Shown piece by piece: positions 9,201 to 19,202 of a stretch of 64,000 bases of DNA. Location of the stretch: positions 1,088,001 through 1,152,000 of the forward strand of contig OY761159.2 of the NCBI GenBank assembly GCA_963664395.2, given 5' to 3'. Positions within the stretch are counted from its first letter, which is position 1; each line of letters begins with the position of its first letter. This stretch comes from Candidatus Binatia bacterium. Its GTDB lineage: Bacteria > Desulfobacterota > Binatia > Bin18. The translations under genes were made by a program, and so were the position numbers. A model generated the notes under the pieces. It made no database searches. It saw nothing but the letters and a program-made list of their open reading frames with translations, and was not told where the DNA came from.

Positions 9201-10439
9201 TTACGGAGGGGTGACGGGTGCGATCTCCTTCAGCCGGGGCAGCACGTCCCTGGCGAAGCGTGCGATGCCCTTCTCGGCCTCGGCATGGGTCATGAATCCT
9301 GACCGTCCAATCATGACCAGATGACCAAAGCCGCCGACCTTGCGGTAAAAATCCATGATCTGCCGGTAGACGGTGTCAGGGCTGCCCGCAAACAGAATCC
9401 CCCGCGCCATGGCTTGCGCTGTGTCCATATTCGTAAGCCCCCCGACATTGAGGATAGCCGGAGCGACGGGCGTGCCTGCCTGCGCCCGGCTGCTGGCCGC
9501 CGGTCCCTCGACCGGGGCGTCTGGCCTGGATGCGGTGCGGTAGACCTGAGACGCAAAGTGGGGCGGCGTCGCCCCAGGCAGAAACTGGGCGTACTGGGGC
9601 GCCATCTTCAGACTCGTGTTGAGGAACCACAGCAACTTGCTCCCAATCTCGACACCCTCTGCATGGGTGTCACCGACATAGACCAACGCCGCATATGCAA
9701 AGTGGTCGGTCATGACCGTGGGCAGCCCGGCCTCCGCGCGCGCCTGACGATACGCGGCCCAGGCACGCCTGGTCCCCTCCTCGCCGCGCAGAACGAGCAC
9801 ATTGACCATCCCCCGCCGGCCGACCTCGCTCGCCGTTTCCGGGTCGCCCGTCGCCGCCCACAGGGGCGGATGCGGCTGCTGCCACGGGCGCGGCCAGATG
9901 TTCACGTGCCGGTGCGTGTAGTGCTTGCCCTCCCAACTGAACGGTCCCTCCTGAAAGGTCAGCGCCTTGGTGACGAGATCGATCGCCTCCCAGTAGCGTT
10001 CAATATTCGTCACCGGGTTGGCATTGTTCGACGCCATCTCACTCGCGCCCGACTTCACGAAGCCGATATCCAAACGTCCACGCGAAATCACATCCGCCGT
10101 GGCATACTCCTCTGCGACTCTGACCGGGTCTGGCCGCAGCGAGATCAGGGTCCCCATACTGAGAATGCGGACCTTGCGTATCTGGCGGGCCAGGATACCC
10201 AGGACCAGCGGGTTGGCCCCAAACAGAGAATTGATTCCAGCGTGATGCTCGATGGCGACAACATTGATTCCCCGCTCGTCGCACAGCATGAACTCGTCAA
10301 AGGTTTCCTCGAACAAGTCAGCAGCGACCTGTGGGTCACAATACTTATTCGGCAGGCTGGCGCGGACGGAATCTGCGCGATCGAGCACGTCTGGTGGGAC
10401 GAAGGGATACGGGTTCTCGTTATGATACCAGGCTTCCAT
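9201..10439 (-). CDS. LLM-class flavin-dependent oxidoreductase
   Basis: EHH, PVRVAEEYATADVISRGRL, PRPWQQPHPP, FARDVLP. Confidence 0.92.
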   Translation of the reverse strand: MEAWYHNENPYPFVPPDVLDRADSVRASLPNKYCDPQVAADLFEETFDEFMLCDERGINVVAIEHHAGINSLFGANPLVLGILARQIRKVRILSMGTLISLRPDPVRVAEEYATADVISRGRLDIGFVKSGASEMASNNANPVTNIERYWEAIDLVTKALTFQEGPFSWEGKHYTHRHVNIWPRPWQQPHPPLWAATGDPETASEVGRRGMVNVLVLRGEEGTRRAWAAYRQARAEAGLPTVMTDHFAYAALVYVGDTHAEGVEIGSKLLWFLNTSLKMAPQYAQFLPGATPPHFASQVYRTASRPDAPVEGPAASSRAQAGTPVAPAILNVGGLTNMDTAQAMARGILFAGSPDTVYRQIMDFYRKVGGFGHLVMIGRSGFMTHAEAEKGIARFARDVLPRLKEIAPVTPP

Positions 10440-10465
10440 GGCGTGTCCCCTCCTCAGCCCACTGA

Positions 10466-11254
10466 CTATTGTTCCAAGAAGGCAGCTACGCGATCGACAA
10501 ATGCCTCGGGCTGCTCGATCTCAGGATGATGCCCCGCCTCAGCAATGAGCTCGAAGCGCGCGCCGGGAATCAACGCGCTGTAGGCTCGTCCGTAGGACGG
10601 CGTCACGATCCCGTCGCTCGCCCCCCACAGCACCAGCGTCGGCCGCCTGATCCGACGCAGCCAACGCTTGAGCTGAGGGTTGTACATATAGGGCTGCCAG
10701 CCGTACAGGCATAGCGCGTCCCAGTTCCGGGCGTGGACGACGATTTCGTCATCCGATAGCGCGTTAAAGTCCGGCGCCCACTTCTCGGGGTCATGCCAAC
10801 GGTGCCGCTCCACTTCCTGGGGTGAGGTATTAAAAACGTCCAGGATATCCGGTGTCTCGCGATCGCTGATCTTGATGCCAAAGGCATCCACCAGGACGAG
10901 CCGGTCAATACGATGGCTACACGCGACCGCGATTTCCGCCGCCAGCCAGCCGCCAAAGGACAATCCCACGAGGCTGACCCGCTCATAAGGCAGCGCTTCG
11001 AGGACGTCTGAATACAGGTGTACTAAGTCGTACACTGTGTCGAAATCCTTTGGACGCGCAGAGTGGCCAAAGCCGGGGTGTGAGGGGGCTATGATCTCTG
11101 CCCGCCGACTGAGCAGATCGAGAAAACGCGCCCGCGGATCGACGGTGCGCATACCGTGCAGGAGCAGGACTGGCCGACCCTGGCCCCGGCGTATCACTTC
11201 GAGCTCAATGTCCTCGACTGACAAGCGCTCTCCGACCGGCGCGATGTCATTCAT
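10466..11254 (-). CDS. Alpha/beta hydrolase
   Basis: HPGFG, GLSFGG, WGASD, AGHHP. Co-oriented with the LLM gene. Confidence 0.92.
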   Translation of the reverse strand: MNDIAPVGERLSVEDIELEVIRRGQGRPVLLLHGMRTVDPRARFLDLLSRRAEIIAPSHPGFGHSARPKDFDTVYDLVHLYSDVLEALPYERVSLVGLSFGGWLAAEIAVACSHRIDRLVLVDAFGIKISDRETPDILDVFNTSPQEVERHRWHDPEKWAPDFNALSDDEIVVHARNWDALCLYGWQPYMYNPQLKRWLRRIRRPTLVLWGASDGIVTPSYGRAYSALIPGARFELIAEAGHHPEIEQPEAFVDRVAAFLEQ

Positions 11255-11478
11255 CCTGACTTCCTACGGCTATTCGTTCTCCGTGCTCCACTTTCGCAAT
11301 ACCTACCGTTTGCTGTCTGCTCGTCCAGGAGACCATAAGCGACCCGGATCGTATTCTCAAGCGCTCAGTTATTGATGATGAGGCAAGCGCAGCATATCGG
11401 CGCTGCCGTTCAGCCTTTTCTCTACGGTACACAACAGCTATAGTTCGGCCTGACAGAGGGAGCCACAAGGAGGCAGCC

Positions 11479-12492
11479 ATGAAATTCGGACTGATGCATG
11501 ACTTTCGTAATCCCGCACCTTGGTTTCGGCCCTATTCCGATCTCTACCGGCTCTTGCTTGACCAGTGTGTGCGGGCCGATGAACTCGGCTATGACAATAT
11601 CTGGCTGACCGAACACCACTTTAGCGGGGACTATAATCCCACGCCTTTACATGCCGCGACCGCCATTGCGGCGCGGACCGAACGCATCCGCATTGGCACG
11701 TTTGTGCTGCTACTGCCTTTCTATCATCCTGTGCGCGTGGCCGAAGAAGTCGCTTTCATTGACAACCTCTCCAAGGGACGGTTTGATCTTGGGGTAGGAC
11801 AGGGCTATCGCGTCGATGAATTCTCCGGATTTTGTATGCCCCGCAAAGAGCGCTCGGCCCGTCTGGCTGAGGGGCTCGACCTGATCCGACGCCTGTGGAC
11901 CGAGGAGACGGTTACGTTCGAAGGGAGGTTCACCCAGATCAAAGAGGTGCATATCCAGCCCGAGCCCTTGCAGAAGCCCCATCCGCCTATCTGGATTGGC
12001 GCGCGCACCGAAAAAGCCATGCAGCGAGCGGCCCGCGAGGGCTATCACCTGCACCTCACGCTGGGCCCGGACTGGGCTCCCCGCTACTATGAGCTGCTGA
12101 AACAGCAGGGCCGCACTCCGGCTGACTTTTCGACCACCCAACTGCACTTCGTCTATGTTGCGCCGACTGAGGACGAGGCGTGGGAGGACATCCAGGACCA
12201 GGCCCACTGGATGATGCAGGTGTACGATGGCTGGTTTAAGACCAGTGGAGATGTCGCCGGCGACGAGCGGCTGTGGGACATCAAAGAAGCACGCGACATT
12301 CGCCACTCGTCCTATGGGCAGGCGTGGATGGTAGGCAGCCCGGACCAAGTAGCGCGCAAAGTCGAGGCGTTTGTCAAAACCTCATCCTGTACCCACTTAG
12401 TCATGGCTATGCAGGTCCCGGGGGTCGAGCCGGCCAAGGGCACCCGCTCGATGGAACTGTTCGCGCAAGAGATCATGCCCGCATTCCGCTAA
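11479..12492 (+). CDS. LLM-class flavin-dependent oxidoreductase
   Basis: WLTEHHF, HPVRVAEE, GRFDLGVGQGY, PLQKPHPPIWIG; AAGGAGG RBS. Confidence 0.93.
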   Translation: MKFGLMHDFRNPAPWFRPYSDLYRLLLDQCVRADELGYDNIWLTEHHFSGDYNPTPLHAATAIAARTERIRIGTFVLLLPFYHPVRVAEEVAFIDNLSKGRFDLGVGQGYRVDEFSGFCMPRKERSARLAEGLDLIRRLWTEETVTFEGRFTQIKEVHIQPEPLQKPHPPIWIGARTEKAMQRAAREGYHLHLTLGPDWAPRYYELLKQQGRTPADFSTTQLHFVYVAPTEDEAWEDIQDQAHWMMQVYDGWFKTSGDVAGDERLWDIKEARDIRHSSYGQAWMVGSPDQVARKVEAFVKTSSCTHLVMAMQVPGVEPAKGTRSMELFAQEIMPAFR

Positions 12493-12493
12493 A

Positions 12494-12549
12494 GGACCGG
12501 CGGGTGGGGCGCCATTCTCCTACAGGTCGGAGGATGGCGTATCCGGTCC
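12494..12549. terminator. Large stem-loop between convergent genes
   Basis: ggaccgg...cgccattctcc / ggaggatggcg...ccggtcc inverted repeats. No U-tract. Confidence 0.4.
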
Positions 12550-12606
12550 GCCATAGAGAGAGCAAGGTGAGCCTGGGAGAGTTCTCCTTGTCCTTTGTTG
12601 GAATCC

Positions 12607-13680
12607 CTAGCCGGTGGCCACGCAGTAGACCTGGTCGGCATCGGCCGGCAGCGCATGCGCACTCCAGGTCGCCCCGGCGTCGGCGCTGGTGAAAACCTGA
12701 CCCTTTTTGCTGGCGCAGACCATGCGCTCAGTACGGCGTTGGTCGATGGACATGGCGAAGAGAGTGCTGTTGACCGCATGGCCGATATCCACCCGTTCCC
12801 AGCTCAGACCGCCATCCTCGCTGCGGAACAGGCCACCGACGTTACTCTCAAAATCTCCCCCGCCAGACAGCCACAGCTTGGTCGGAGCGCCCGGCACTTC
12901 ACGCAGACAGCGGCAATAGGTGGTACCGTGGTCGTTCAGCGGCTCGATGGGCACGCGCTGCCAGTGGTCGCCCCGGTCGGTGCTGCGAAACATGCCGACG
13001 CGACAGATGGCAGTGACCGTTCCTGGGCTCAGACGGCTGGCCAGCACGCCGTGCATGTCCACGGTATCGTCGGTGAGGTATTGACCGTGACTGAGGTTCT
13101 GCCAGTGTTCCCCCCCATCCAAAGACCGGAGCAGTCCCCCGACTTCCAGGGAGGCGTACAGTTCGTCCCGGTCGGCAACGCTGCCGGACATCATCAGCAC
13201 CCGCTTGGCCGGTATGCCCTGAGGAGGCATGGTCACATCCGGGAAGCGGACACTCACCGGGAGCTGGCACCAACTCTCTCCGGCGTCGTCGCTCCGATAT
13301 ATCTCCGCAGACTCGTAGCCGGCGAACATGATCTGCGGGTCGGCCGGATGGAATAATAACGACCACATGGGCAGGCCGTGGTCGGGGACAGCCACCTTCT
13401 CCCAGTGGTCACCATGGTCATCACTGCGGTACGGTCCGTCTTGGGTCGCTACGTAGACCACTTCGGACCTCTGGGGGTGTATCGTTATAGCCCGGATCTC
13501 AGGCGCATCAGGCAGCCCCTGCGTGAGCGGCTCCCAGTGCCCCTGCCCGAAGACACTCCGATACAAACCGCTTTTGACAACCAGCTTGATGCCCATATGC
13601 TTTTCCACCCATTCGATGCCTGGGCTGGTATCACCCGCCCGACCGGCGAAGACATAAGATGTACCGTTGTCCATTGCCAT
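12607..13680 (-). CDS. BNR/Asp-box beta-propeller protein (Ycf48-like fold)
   Basis: Repeated S.D.G..W boxes: RSDDHGDHW, RSDDAGESW, RSLDGGEHW, RSTDRGDHW, RSEDGGLSW, TSADAGATW. Confidence 0.88.
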   Translation of the reverse strand: MAMDNGTSYVFAGRAGDTSPGIEWVEKHMGIKLVVKSGLYRSVFGQGHWEPLTQGLPDAPEIRAITIHPQRSEVVYVATQDGPYRSDDHGDHWEKVAVPDHGLPMWSLLFHPADPQIMFAGYESAEIYRSDDAGESWCQLPVSVRFPDVTMPPQGIPAKRVLMMSGSVADRDELYASLEVGGLLRSLDGGEHWQNLSHGQYLTDDTVDMHGVLASRLSPGTVTAICRVGMFRSTDRGDHWQRVPIEPLNDHGTTYCRCLREVPGAPTKLWLSGGGDFESNVGGLFRSEDGGLSWERVDIGHAVNSTLFAMSIDQRRTERMVCASKKGQVFTSADAGATWSAHALPADADQVYCVATG

Positions 13681-13693
13681 ACCTTGTTCCTCC

Positions 13694-14887
13694 TTATTTT
13701 AGCGACGGCATTATCTCGCGTGGATCTAACCCCAGCTCCAACGTCCCCACGCTGGAGAGACAATAGTCACTGGGCGGAAACTGAATAGGACCGACGGCGC
13801 CGTCCCGAAACAAGCGCTCGAGTGGTACGGTTTTGAAGAGCGCATGCGCTCCTCCCAGCGTGAGCGCCGTACGCGTGATCCGCGCCCCAGCCTCGCCGAC
13901 CAAATACTTGGCTCGGAACAGCGCCGCCAGGGTTTCCGAGGTCGGTCCCTGGGTGTCGCTGAGCCAGGCCGACTGATACGTCAGCAGCCGGGCAGCCTCC
14001 AGGTCCACGCTCATGTCGGCCACCCGCCGGCGCACATCCGGATGATAGGCCATCGGCTGGGTATAGCCCCGCGGGACCCTTTCCCGGACCAGTTCACGCA
14101 CGGCGTTGTAGGCGGCCGCAGCTACACCCAGATACACCGCCGTATAGGAGGCCCACAGCCAGTTCGCCCCACTACGGATGAACGGCAGGATATCATCCGT
14201 CTGATAGAGGACAGCTTCCTTGGACACGAAACAGTCTTCGAGAATGAGGGAGTCACTGCGCGTCGCCCGCATGCCGAGCGTATCCCATATCATGTCGACG
14301 CGTCGGCCCGGTGCCTTGCGTGGAACCATCAGCAGAAGCGCAGCCCCAGGCTTATCGACCTCCTCGGGATGCGCCAACACCGCACAGAAGTCAGCTGCCT
14401 CCAACATGGAAGCAAACGCTTTTCTGCCCGTGATCCGGTAGCCGCCCGCAACCTGTCGGGCGCGCGTAGCCGGTTTATAGGTGGCCAGCAATCCGGACGT
14501 CCTCGGCTCGGAGAAGTTCCCGGCAATCAGCCTTTGCTCTTTGACGACCAGATCGGCCAGACGCTGCTTGGTGGCCGGCGGAACTATCGGACTTTCGAAC
14601 AGGGGACCGATAATCGAGAGGTGCATATTGAACGAGAGGGCGGTGGCCGGACAGCCTTGGGCGAGTTCTTCGGCCGCCAGGGAGTAGTTGAGCAGCCCGA
14701 CGCCCTCTCCGCCCATCTCTCTGGGAACGTTGAGGCTGTAGAATCCATCCCGGCGCAAGGCCGCATAGTTTTCCAGCGGATGGCTGGCTTCCTGATCGTG
14801 CGTCGCGGCTCGGGTGGCGAAGTCTGCTGCCAGCCGCCGGCTCCGTTGCTGGAGGCGGGTGCCTTCTTCGCTGATCTGAAAGTTCAT
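13694..14887 (-). CDS. Acyl-CoA dehydrogenase family protein (DszC/SfnB-like branch)
   Basis: NVPREMGGEG, FSEP, TGRKAFAS, WDTLGMRATRS, LERLFRD. Confidence 0.9.
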   Translation of the reverse strand: MNFQISEEGTRLQQRSRRLAADFATRAATHDQEASHPLENYAALRRDGFYSLNVPREMGGEGVGLLNYSLAAEELAQGCPATALSFNMHLSIIGPLFESPIVPPATKQRLADLVVKEQRLIAGNFSEPRTSGLLATYKPATRARQVAGGYRITGRKAFASMLEAADFCAVLAHPEEVDKPGAALLLMVPRKAPGRRVDMIWDTLGMRATRSDSLILEDCFVSKEAVLYQTDDILPFIRSGANWLWASYTAVYLGVAAAAYNAVRELVRERVPRGYTQPMAYHPDVRRRVADMSVDLEAARLLTYQSAWLSDTQGPTSETLAALFRAKYLVGEAGARITRTALTLGGAHALFKTVPLERLFRDGAVGPIQFPPSDYCLSSVGTLELGLDPREIMPSLK

Positions 14888-15121
14888 GACCGCCCTCCTT
14901 CTGTTCAGATATGAGGTCAGGCTGTCCGGAATCGCGGAAGAAACCTAGAGCATACGGCTTTATCTCCCCACACAAGCCTGCCTGTCAACCCAACGGCCTC
15001 CCGAGCAAGAAAATTATTCGGCCTCAAGGCGACACCGACGGTGCCGCGTCCATTGTATTCCCAGCCGAGATGGAGCAGGATGGCGTCATATCCAAGGCTC
15101 GCACGTCAGACGAGGGATACG

Positions 15122-16357
15122 ATGCAGGACAGTGGACAGACACACGCGAACGGCAAACGCTGGACGCTCGACCATCCGGAGTTGGGAACCGGGTCCTTAC
15201 CGATCACGCCCTATCTTTCCGCCGAGTATTTTGAGCGGGAGCGCGAGAAAATTTTCAGCCGTACCTGGCTGAGTACAGGGAAAAAAATCGAAGAAATCCC
15301 ACGGGCGGGGGATTATCTGGTGCTGGATATTGCGGTCGGCAAAACCTCGATCCTGCTCGTTCGGGGCAAGGACGGGACGGTACGCGGGTTTCACAACGTG
15401 TGCAAACATCGCGGCAATCGGCTGGCCTGGAACGACCGTGGCGCGTGCGGGTCCGGGTTGACGTGCCGATTCCACGGCTGGACCTATGCCTCGGACGGGC
15501 GCCTGGTCGGAGTACCGGAAGAAGACATGTTCTTTGACTTTGACAAACGGGACTACGGCCTGAGCCCGGTCGCTACGGATGTCTGGGAAGGATTTATCTT
15601 TATCAATCTCGACCCCAACCCACCGGAAACGCTGCATCAGTATCTGGGCGAAGTGGTTGACTTGCTGCGCGGCTATGCGTTTGACCGCTTGCCGCTGAGC
15701 TGGTCGTATACGGCCGAGCAGAAATGCAACTGGCGGATTCTGCGCGACTCGCAGCTCGAATTCTATCATGGCAAAGCGCTGCATCAGCAGTTCGCCGGCA
15801 AGGTGATGATTAATAAGCAGCAGCCTTCCTGCCACGTTCTCGACGCCAAACTCTTTCGCCGCCACAGCATGATGTCGTTTTACGGCGACCGCCGGAATAC
15901 CCAACGCACGCCCATGGAACGGCTGGTGGCCCAATTCGGGACCAGCCTCAAAACCTTTCCCGGCGCGCGTGACATGGACCGCTGGCCCCTGGGAGTCAAC
16001 CCCACGCGCAGCAAACAGTGGTTCTTTGACATTTATTACATCTTTCCGAATTTTCACCTGGTGATTCTGAGCCCCTTTCTCTTTGTCGCCCATACCATGT
16101 TGCCGGAGACGGTGAATCGCTCGACCTGGAATGCGCGCGGCTATTTTCCGCAGCCCGCGAACGCCGCCGAGTCGGTGACCCGCGAATATAATAAATGTCT
16201 GGCGCGGGACGTGTGGCTGGAAGACGGCAGCACCCTGGAAAACACCCAGCGCGGGATCGAGTCGGGCGTCCTGAGCCACTATCCGGTCCAGGACCAGGAA
16301 CTGCTGATCCGCCACGCCCATAAGGTGGCGGAAGAGCTGCTCGCCGGCGGCGCATAA
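15122..16357 (+). CDS. Rieske oxygenase alpha subunit
   Basis: CKHRG...CRFHGW; NWR..DSQLEFYHGKALH; WLED. Start placed at ATG 15122 after GAGGG. Confidence 0.93.
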   Translation: MQDSGQTHANGKRWTLDHPELGTGSLPITPYLSAEYFEREREKIFSRTWLSTGKKIEEIPRAGDYLVLDIAVGKTSILLVRGKDGTVRGFHNVCKHRGNRLAWNDRGACGSGLTCRFHGWTYASDGRLVGVPEEDMFFDFDKRDYGLSPVATDVWEGFIFINLDPNPPETLHQYLGEVVDLLRGYAFDRLPLSWSYTAEQKCNWRILRDSQLEFYHGKALHQQFAGKVMINKQQPSCHVLDAKLFRRHSMMSFYGDRRNTQRTPMERLVAQFGTSLKTFPGARDMDRWPLGVNPTRSKQWFFDIYYIFPNFHLVILSPFLFVAHTMLPETVNRSTWNARGYFPQPANAAESVTREYNKCLARDVWLEDGSTLENTQRGIESGVLSHYPVQDQELLIRHAHKVAEELLAGGA

Positions 16358-16368
16358 GCGGGGGAAGC

Positions 16369-16719
16369 ATGTCCGACACGAGCCTGCCCGAGCCGTTCGC
16401 CGACCTTGAACCGCTGGCCGTGGTCTGGGCGCTGGCGACCGAAACCGAGCGCAACCAACAGCGCCTCAGCAGCACCATGGCGCAGATTCAAACTTTCTAC
16501 GATACCATGCTGCCCCGCATGGAGGCCATCCTCACCTACCTGAGTAAATTCCCGCCAGAGCCACTGGACGCGCTGCCCCAAGAGGCGCGGCGGCTCTTAT
16601 ATCTCGCTCTGGCGATGGCCGAAATCACAACCGCGGTGGAACTCCATCAGCAGCCAAGTGTGCCCGCCGGCTTCGAGCCGCGGCGTTTTATTCCTGACCA
16701 CGAGCGAACGGAACGATAA
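16369..16719 (+). CDS. Conserved hypothetical Rieske-associated protein
   Basis: Paralog of 496-819. Starts 11 nt downstream of the Rieske gene, with an RBS. Confidence 0.8.
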   Translation: MSDTSLPEPFADLEPLAVVWALATETERNQQRLSSTMAQIQTFYDTMLPRMEAILTYLSKFPPEPLDALPQEARRLLYLALAMAEITTAVELHQQPSVPAGFEPRRFIPDHERTER

Positions 16720-16723
16720 CGAG

Positions 16724-17764
16724 CTACGCGCTCTTTTGAAAATGGGGCATGACCTCTTTGGCAAAGAGCCGCATGGCCCGCACCGTTTTGGCCTGATCCA
16801 CACCAGGGAACTGCATCCAACACAGCAAATAATCCATGCCTAATTCTCGCTGGTATTGCTCAATCTCCCGAATACAATGATCCGGGTCGCCGATAATGAA
16901 ACGCTCCCGGTGGGTGTCAAAGGTCACGCTCGCCGGGTCCCTGACCACCTCTCCCTTATCATCTTTGAGCGGACGGACATTGGCCCACTTGCCGTACATC
17001 CCGGCGTGCAGATACATGATGCCGTCCCGGGCCTCTTCCTCAGCTTGGGCCGTTGTCTCAGCAACATATATCTCACGAATGACCGGCGTGGCGCTGGCCG
17101 TCTTATTGAACCGCTGGAGCTGCTGCCGATACAGCCGGTAGTGCTCCTTCAACTCATTGATATGATGCCGAGGAGAAGCCACCAAGGCCGATCCCCACTG
17201 GGCTGCACGACGCACCCCGCCGCGGGTTGAGGCCCCGACCCAGATCGGTGGGTGCGGCTTTTGGACAGGCTTGGGGGTAATGGACAGGTCTTCCACCTGG
17301 TAGTACTGACCGGAAAACGAGAAGCGCTCGGTCGTCCAGCCCCGAATCATAATATCGAGCTGTTCTTCCATACGTTGCTCACGCTCGGAGCGTTGCTCTT
17401 CATACGCAGCGAACTCCTCCGGTCGATAGCCGGTCGCAACGCCGAAGATAAAACGACCCGCGGCGATATTATCGAGCACAGCCACGTCCTCGGCGGTCTG
17501 TACCGGCCGATGGAGCGGCAGGAGATACATACTCGTCCCGATTGTGAGCTTTGATGTCCGCGCGGCCATGGCAGCCGCCGTCACCAAGAGCGACGGGCAG
17601 ATGCCGTCTTCCAGAAAGTGGTGCTCAACCAGCCAGGCCGATTCAAACCCAATCTCTTCGGCGATGACAATCTGGTCCAACATCTCGCGATAGAGCTGGG
17701 CGTGGGTCTGGCCAGAGCCTGGCCGGACCTGCATAGAGAACGGACCGATCCCGAATCGCATCAT
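16724..17764 (-). CDS. LLM-class flavin-dependent oxidoreductase
   Basis: WLVEHHF, GRFIFGVATGY, PKPVQKPHPPIW, FAKEVMP. AAAGGAGG precedes ATG 17764. Confidence 0.92.
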   Translation of the reverse strand: MMRFGIGPFSMQVRPGSGQTHAQLYREMLDQIVIAEEIGFESAWLVEHHFLEDGICPSLLVTAAAMAARTSKLTIGTSMYLLPLHRPVQTAEDVAVLDNIAAGRFIFGVATGYRPEEFAAYEEQRSEREQRMEEQLDIMIRGWTTERFSFSGQYYQVEDLSITPKPVQKPHPPIWVGASTRGGVRRAAQWGSALVASPRHHINELKEHYRLYRQQLQRFNKTASATPVIREIYVAETTAQAEEEARDGIMYLHAGMYGKWANVRPLKDDKGEVVRDPASVTFDTHRERFIIGDPDHCIREIEQYQRELGMDYLLCWMQFPGVDQAKTVRAMRLFAKEVMPHFQKSA

Positions 17765-18036
17765 GCTCTGCCCTCCTTTGGTGAAGCCGCTCAAATTATT
17801 CTCCTCTGAACAAGGACTGTCAATGTTTGGAGAGGTGAGCGCTGGTGACAAATCATCGTTGCAGCGTAAGGGCTGGCCAGGAGCGAGTTGACGGTCATCA
17901 CCGAGTGTGCGAAACGGGAAAACAGCCCTGATAGGGGAGATTGCTGTTATAGTCAGATAGACGATGCCGATAGGGATCGACTACTGTGTCGTATGTTGAA
18001 TAAGCGGTAAGACCGTCTCGCACAGGAGGGGTAATT

Positions 18037-19164
18037 ATGGACAGTTACCGAGCCATTTCGTCGGACAGCCACATCTTTGAGCCGTCCGACTTGTGGACCA
18101 GCAGAGTAGAGCCTCAGTTCAGAGAGAGCGCTCCCCGCGTTATCCACCGCGCAGAAGACGCCACCGACTGGTGGGTCTGCGAGGGGTTGAAGGGAGTCAG
18201 CGGGGCGTCCGGGGGAGCCCAGACGGGCGTACGATTTGAGGATCCCGAGAAGGTGAGTTTTACCGGGTCACTCAAAGACGTCTGGCCTGGGAGCTATATT
18301 CCCGAGGCCCATCTTAAAGACATGGAACTCGATGGAGTTGAGGGGAGCGTTATCTATCCCACCCAGGGACTTGTGCTGTATGGCCTTTCCGATGGCGCTC
18401 TGCTCTCCGCTCTGTGCCGGGCGTATAATAACTGGCTGGCTGATTTCTGCCGGCCGTTCCCACACCGGATAAAAGGCATTGCGATGCTCAACCTTGACGA
18501 GGTTCAAGAAGCGGTCAGAGAGCTCACACGATGTGCCAAGCTCGGCCTGGCCGGAGCTATGATCACCGTGTCGCCTCCTGCCGGGCGATCCTATGATTCA
18601 GCTGAGTATGACCCGCTGTGGGCTGCTGCCCAGGATCTGGATATGCCGCTGAGCCTGCACGTCGCGACGAACAGGACAGGGTCGCAGGACTCGGCATTAG
18701 ATGTCGAGGATATTCCGCCGGCCTTTTTCACCAATATTGACCACTGGGTGCGCATGTCCCTGGCCCATATGATCTTCGGTGGCGTCTTCGAGCGCTATCC
18801 GCGCCTTCAGGTCGTTTCTGTAGAGCAAGAGCTGTCGTGGGCCCCGCATTTCTTGAACCGGCTGGACAACACCTATACCCAACGCCCTCAAGCAAAGAGC
18901 CACCACCGGTTTAAGAACGCGCTGCTGCCCAGCGATTATTTCCACCGCAATGTCTCTCTGAGTTTCCAAGAAGACGCCTTGGGTATTCGTGACCGGCACA
19001 TTATTGGAGTGGAGAATCTCATGTGGGGCTCTGACTATCCCCATCCCGAATCCACCTTTCCCCGGTCGCGGCAGATTCTCGCGCAGGTTCTCGCTGAGTG
19101 CACCCAGAACGAGAAGGCCAAGATAGCCGGGGGCAACGCAGCCAAGATATATCATTTCGATTAA
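18037..19164 (+). CDS. Amidohydrolase_2 family protein
   Basis: ISSDSH, IYPT, AYNNW, SLH, MWGSDYPH. Confidence 0.92.
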   Translation: MDSYRAISSDSHIFEPSDLWTSRVEPQFRESAPRVIHRAEDATDWWVCEGLKGVSGASGGAQTGVRFEDPEKVSFTGSLKDVWPGSYIPEAHLKDMELDGVEGSVIYPTQGLVLYGLSDGALLSALCRAYNNWLADFCRPFPHRIKGIAMLNLDEVQEAVRELTRCAKLGLAGAMITVSPPAGRSYDSAEYDPLWAAAQDLDMPLSLHVATNRTGSQDSALDVEDIPPAFFTNIDHWVRMSLAHMIFGGVFERYPRLQVVSVEQELSWAPHFLNRLDNTYTQRPQAKSHHRFKNALLPSDYFHRNVSLSFQEDALGIRDRHIIGVENLMWGSDYPHPESTFPRSRQILAQVLAECTQNEKAKIAGGNAAKIYHFD

Positions 19165-19202
19165 GGGCAGCTCGCGGGCGGCACGACCAGGGGGCTGGGA
19201 TT

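Noticed and set aside
9321-10529. Long antisense ORFs (also 13844-14914, 15197-16321, 46733-47587, 51791-52882)
   Set aside because: They mirror well-supported genes on the opposite strand and have no motifs. Such shadow ORFs are expected from GC-rich codon bias.
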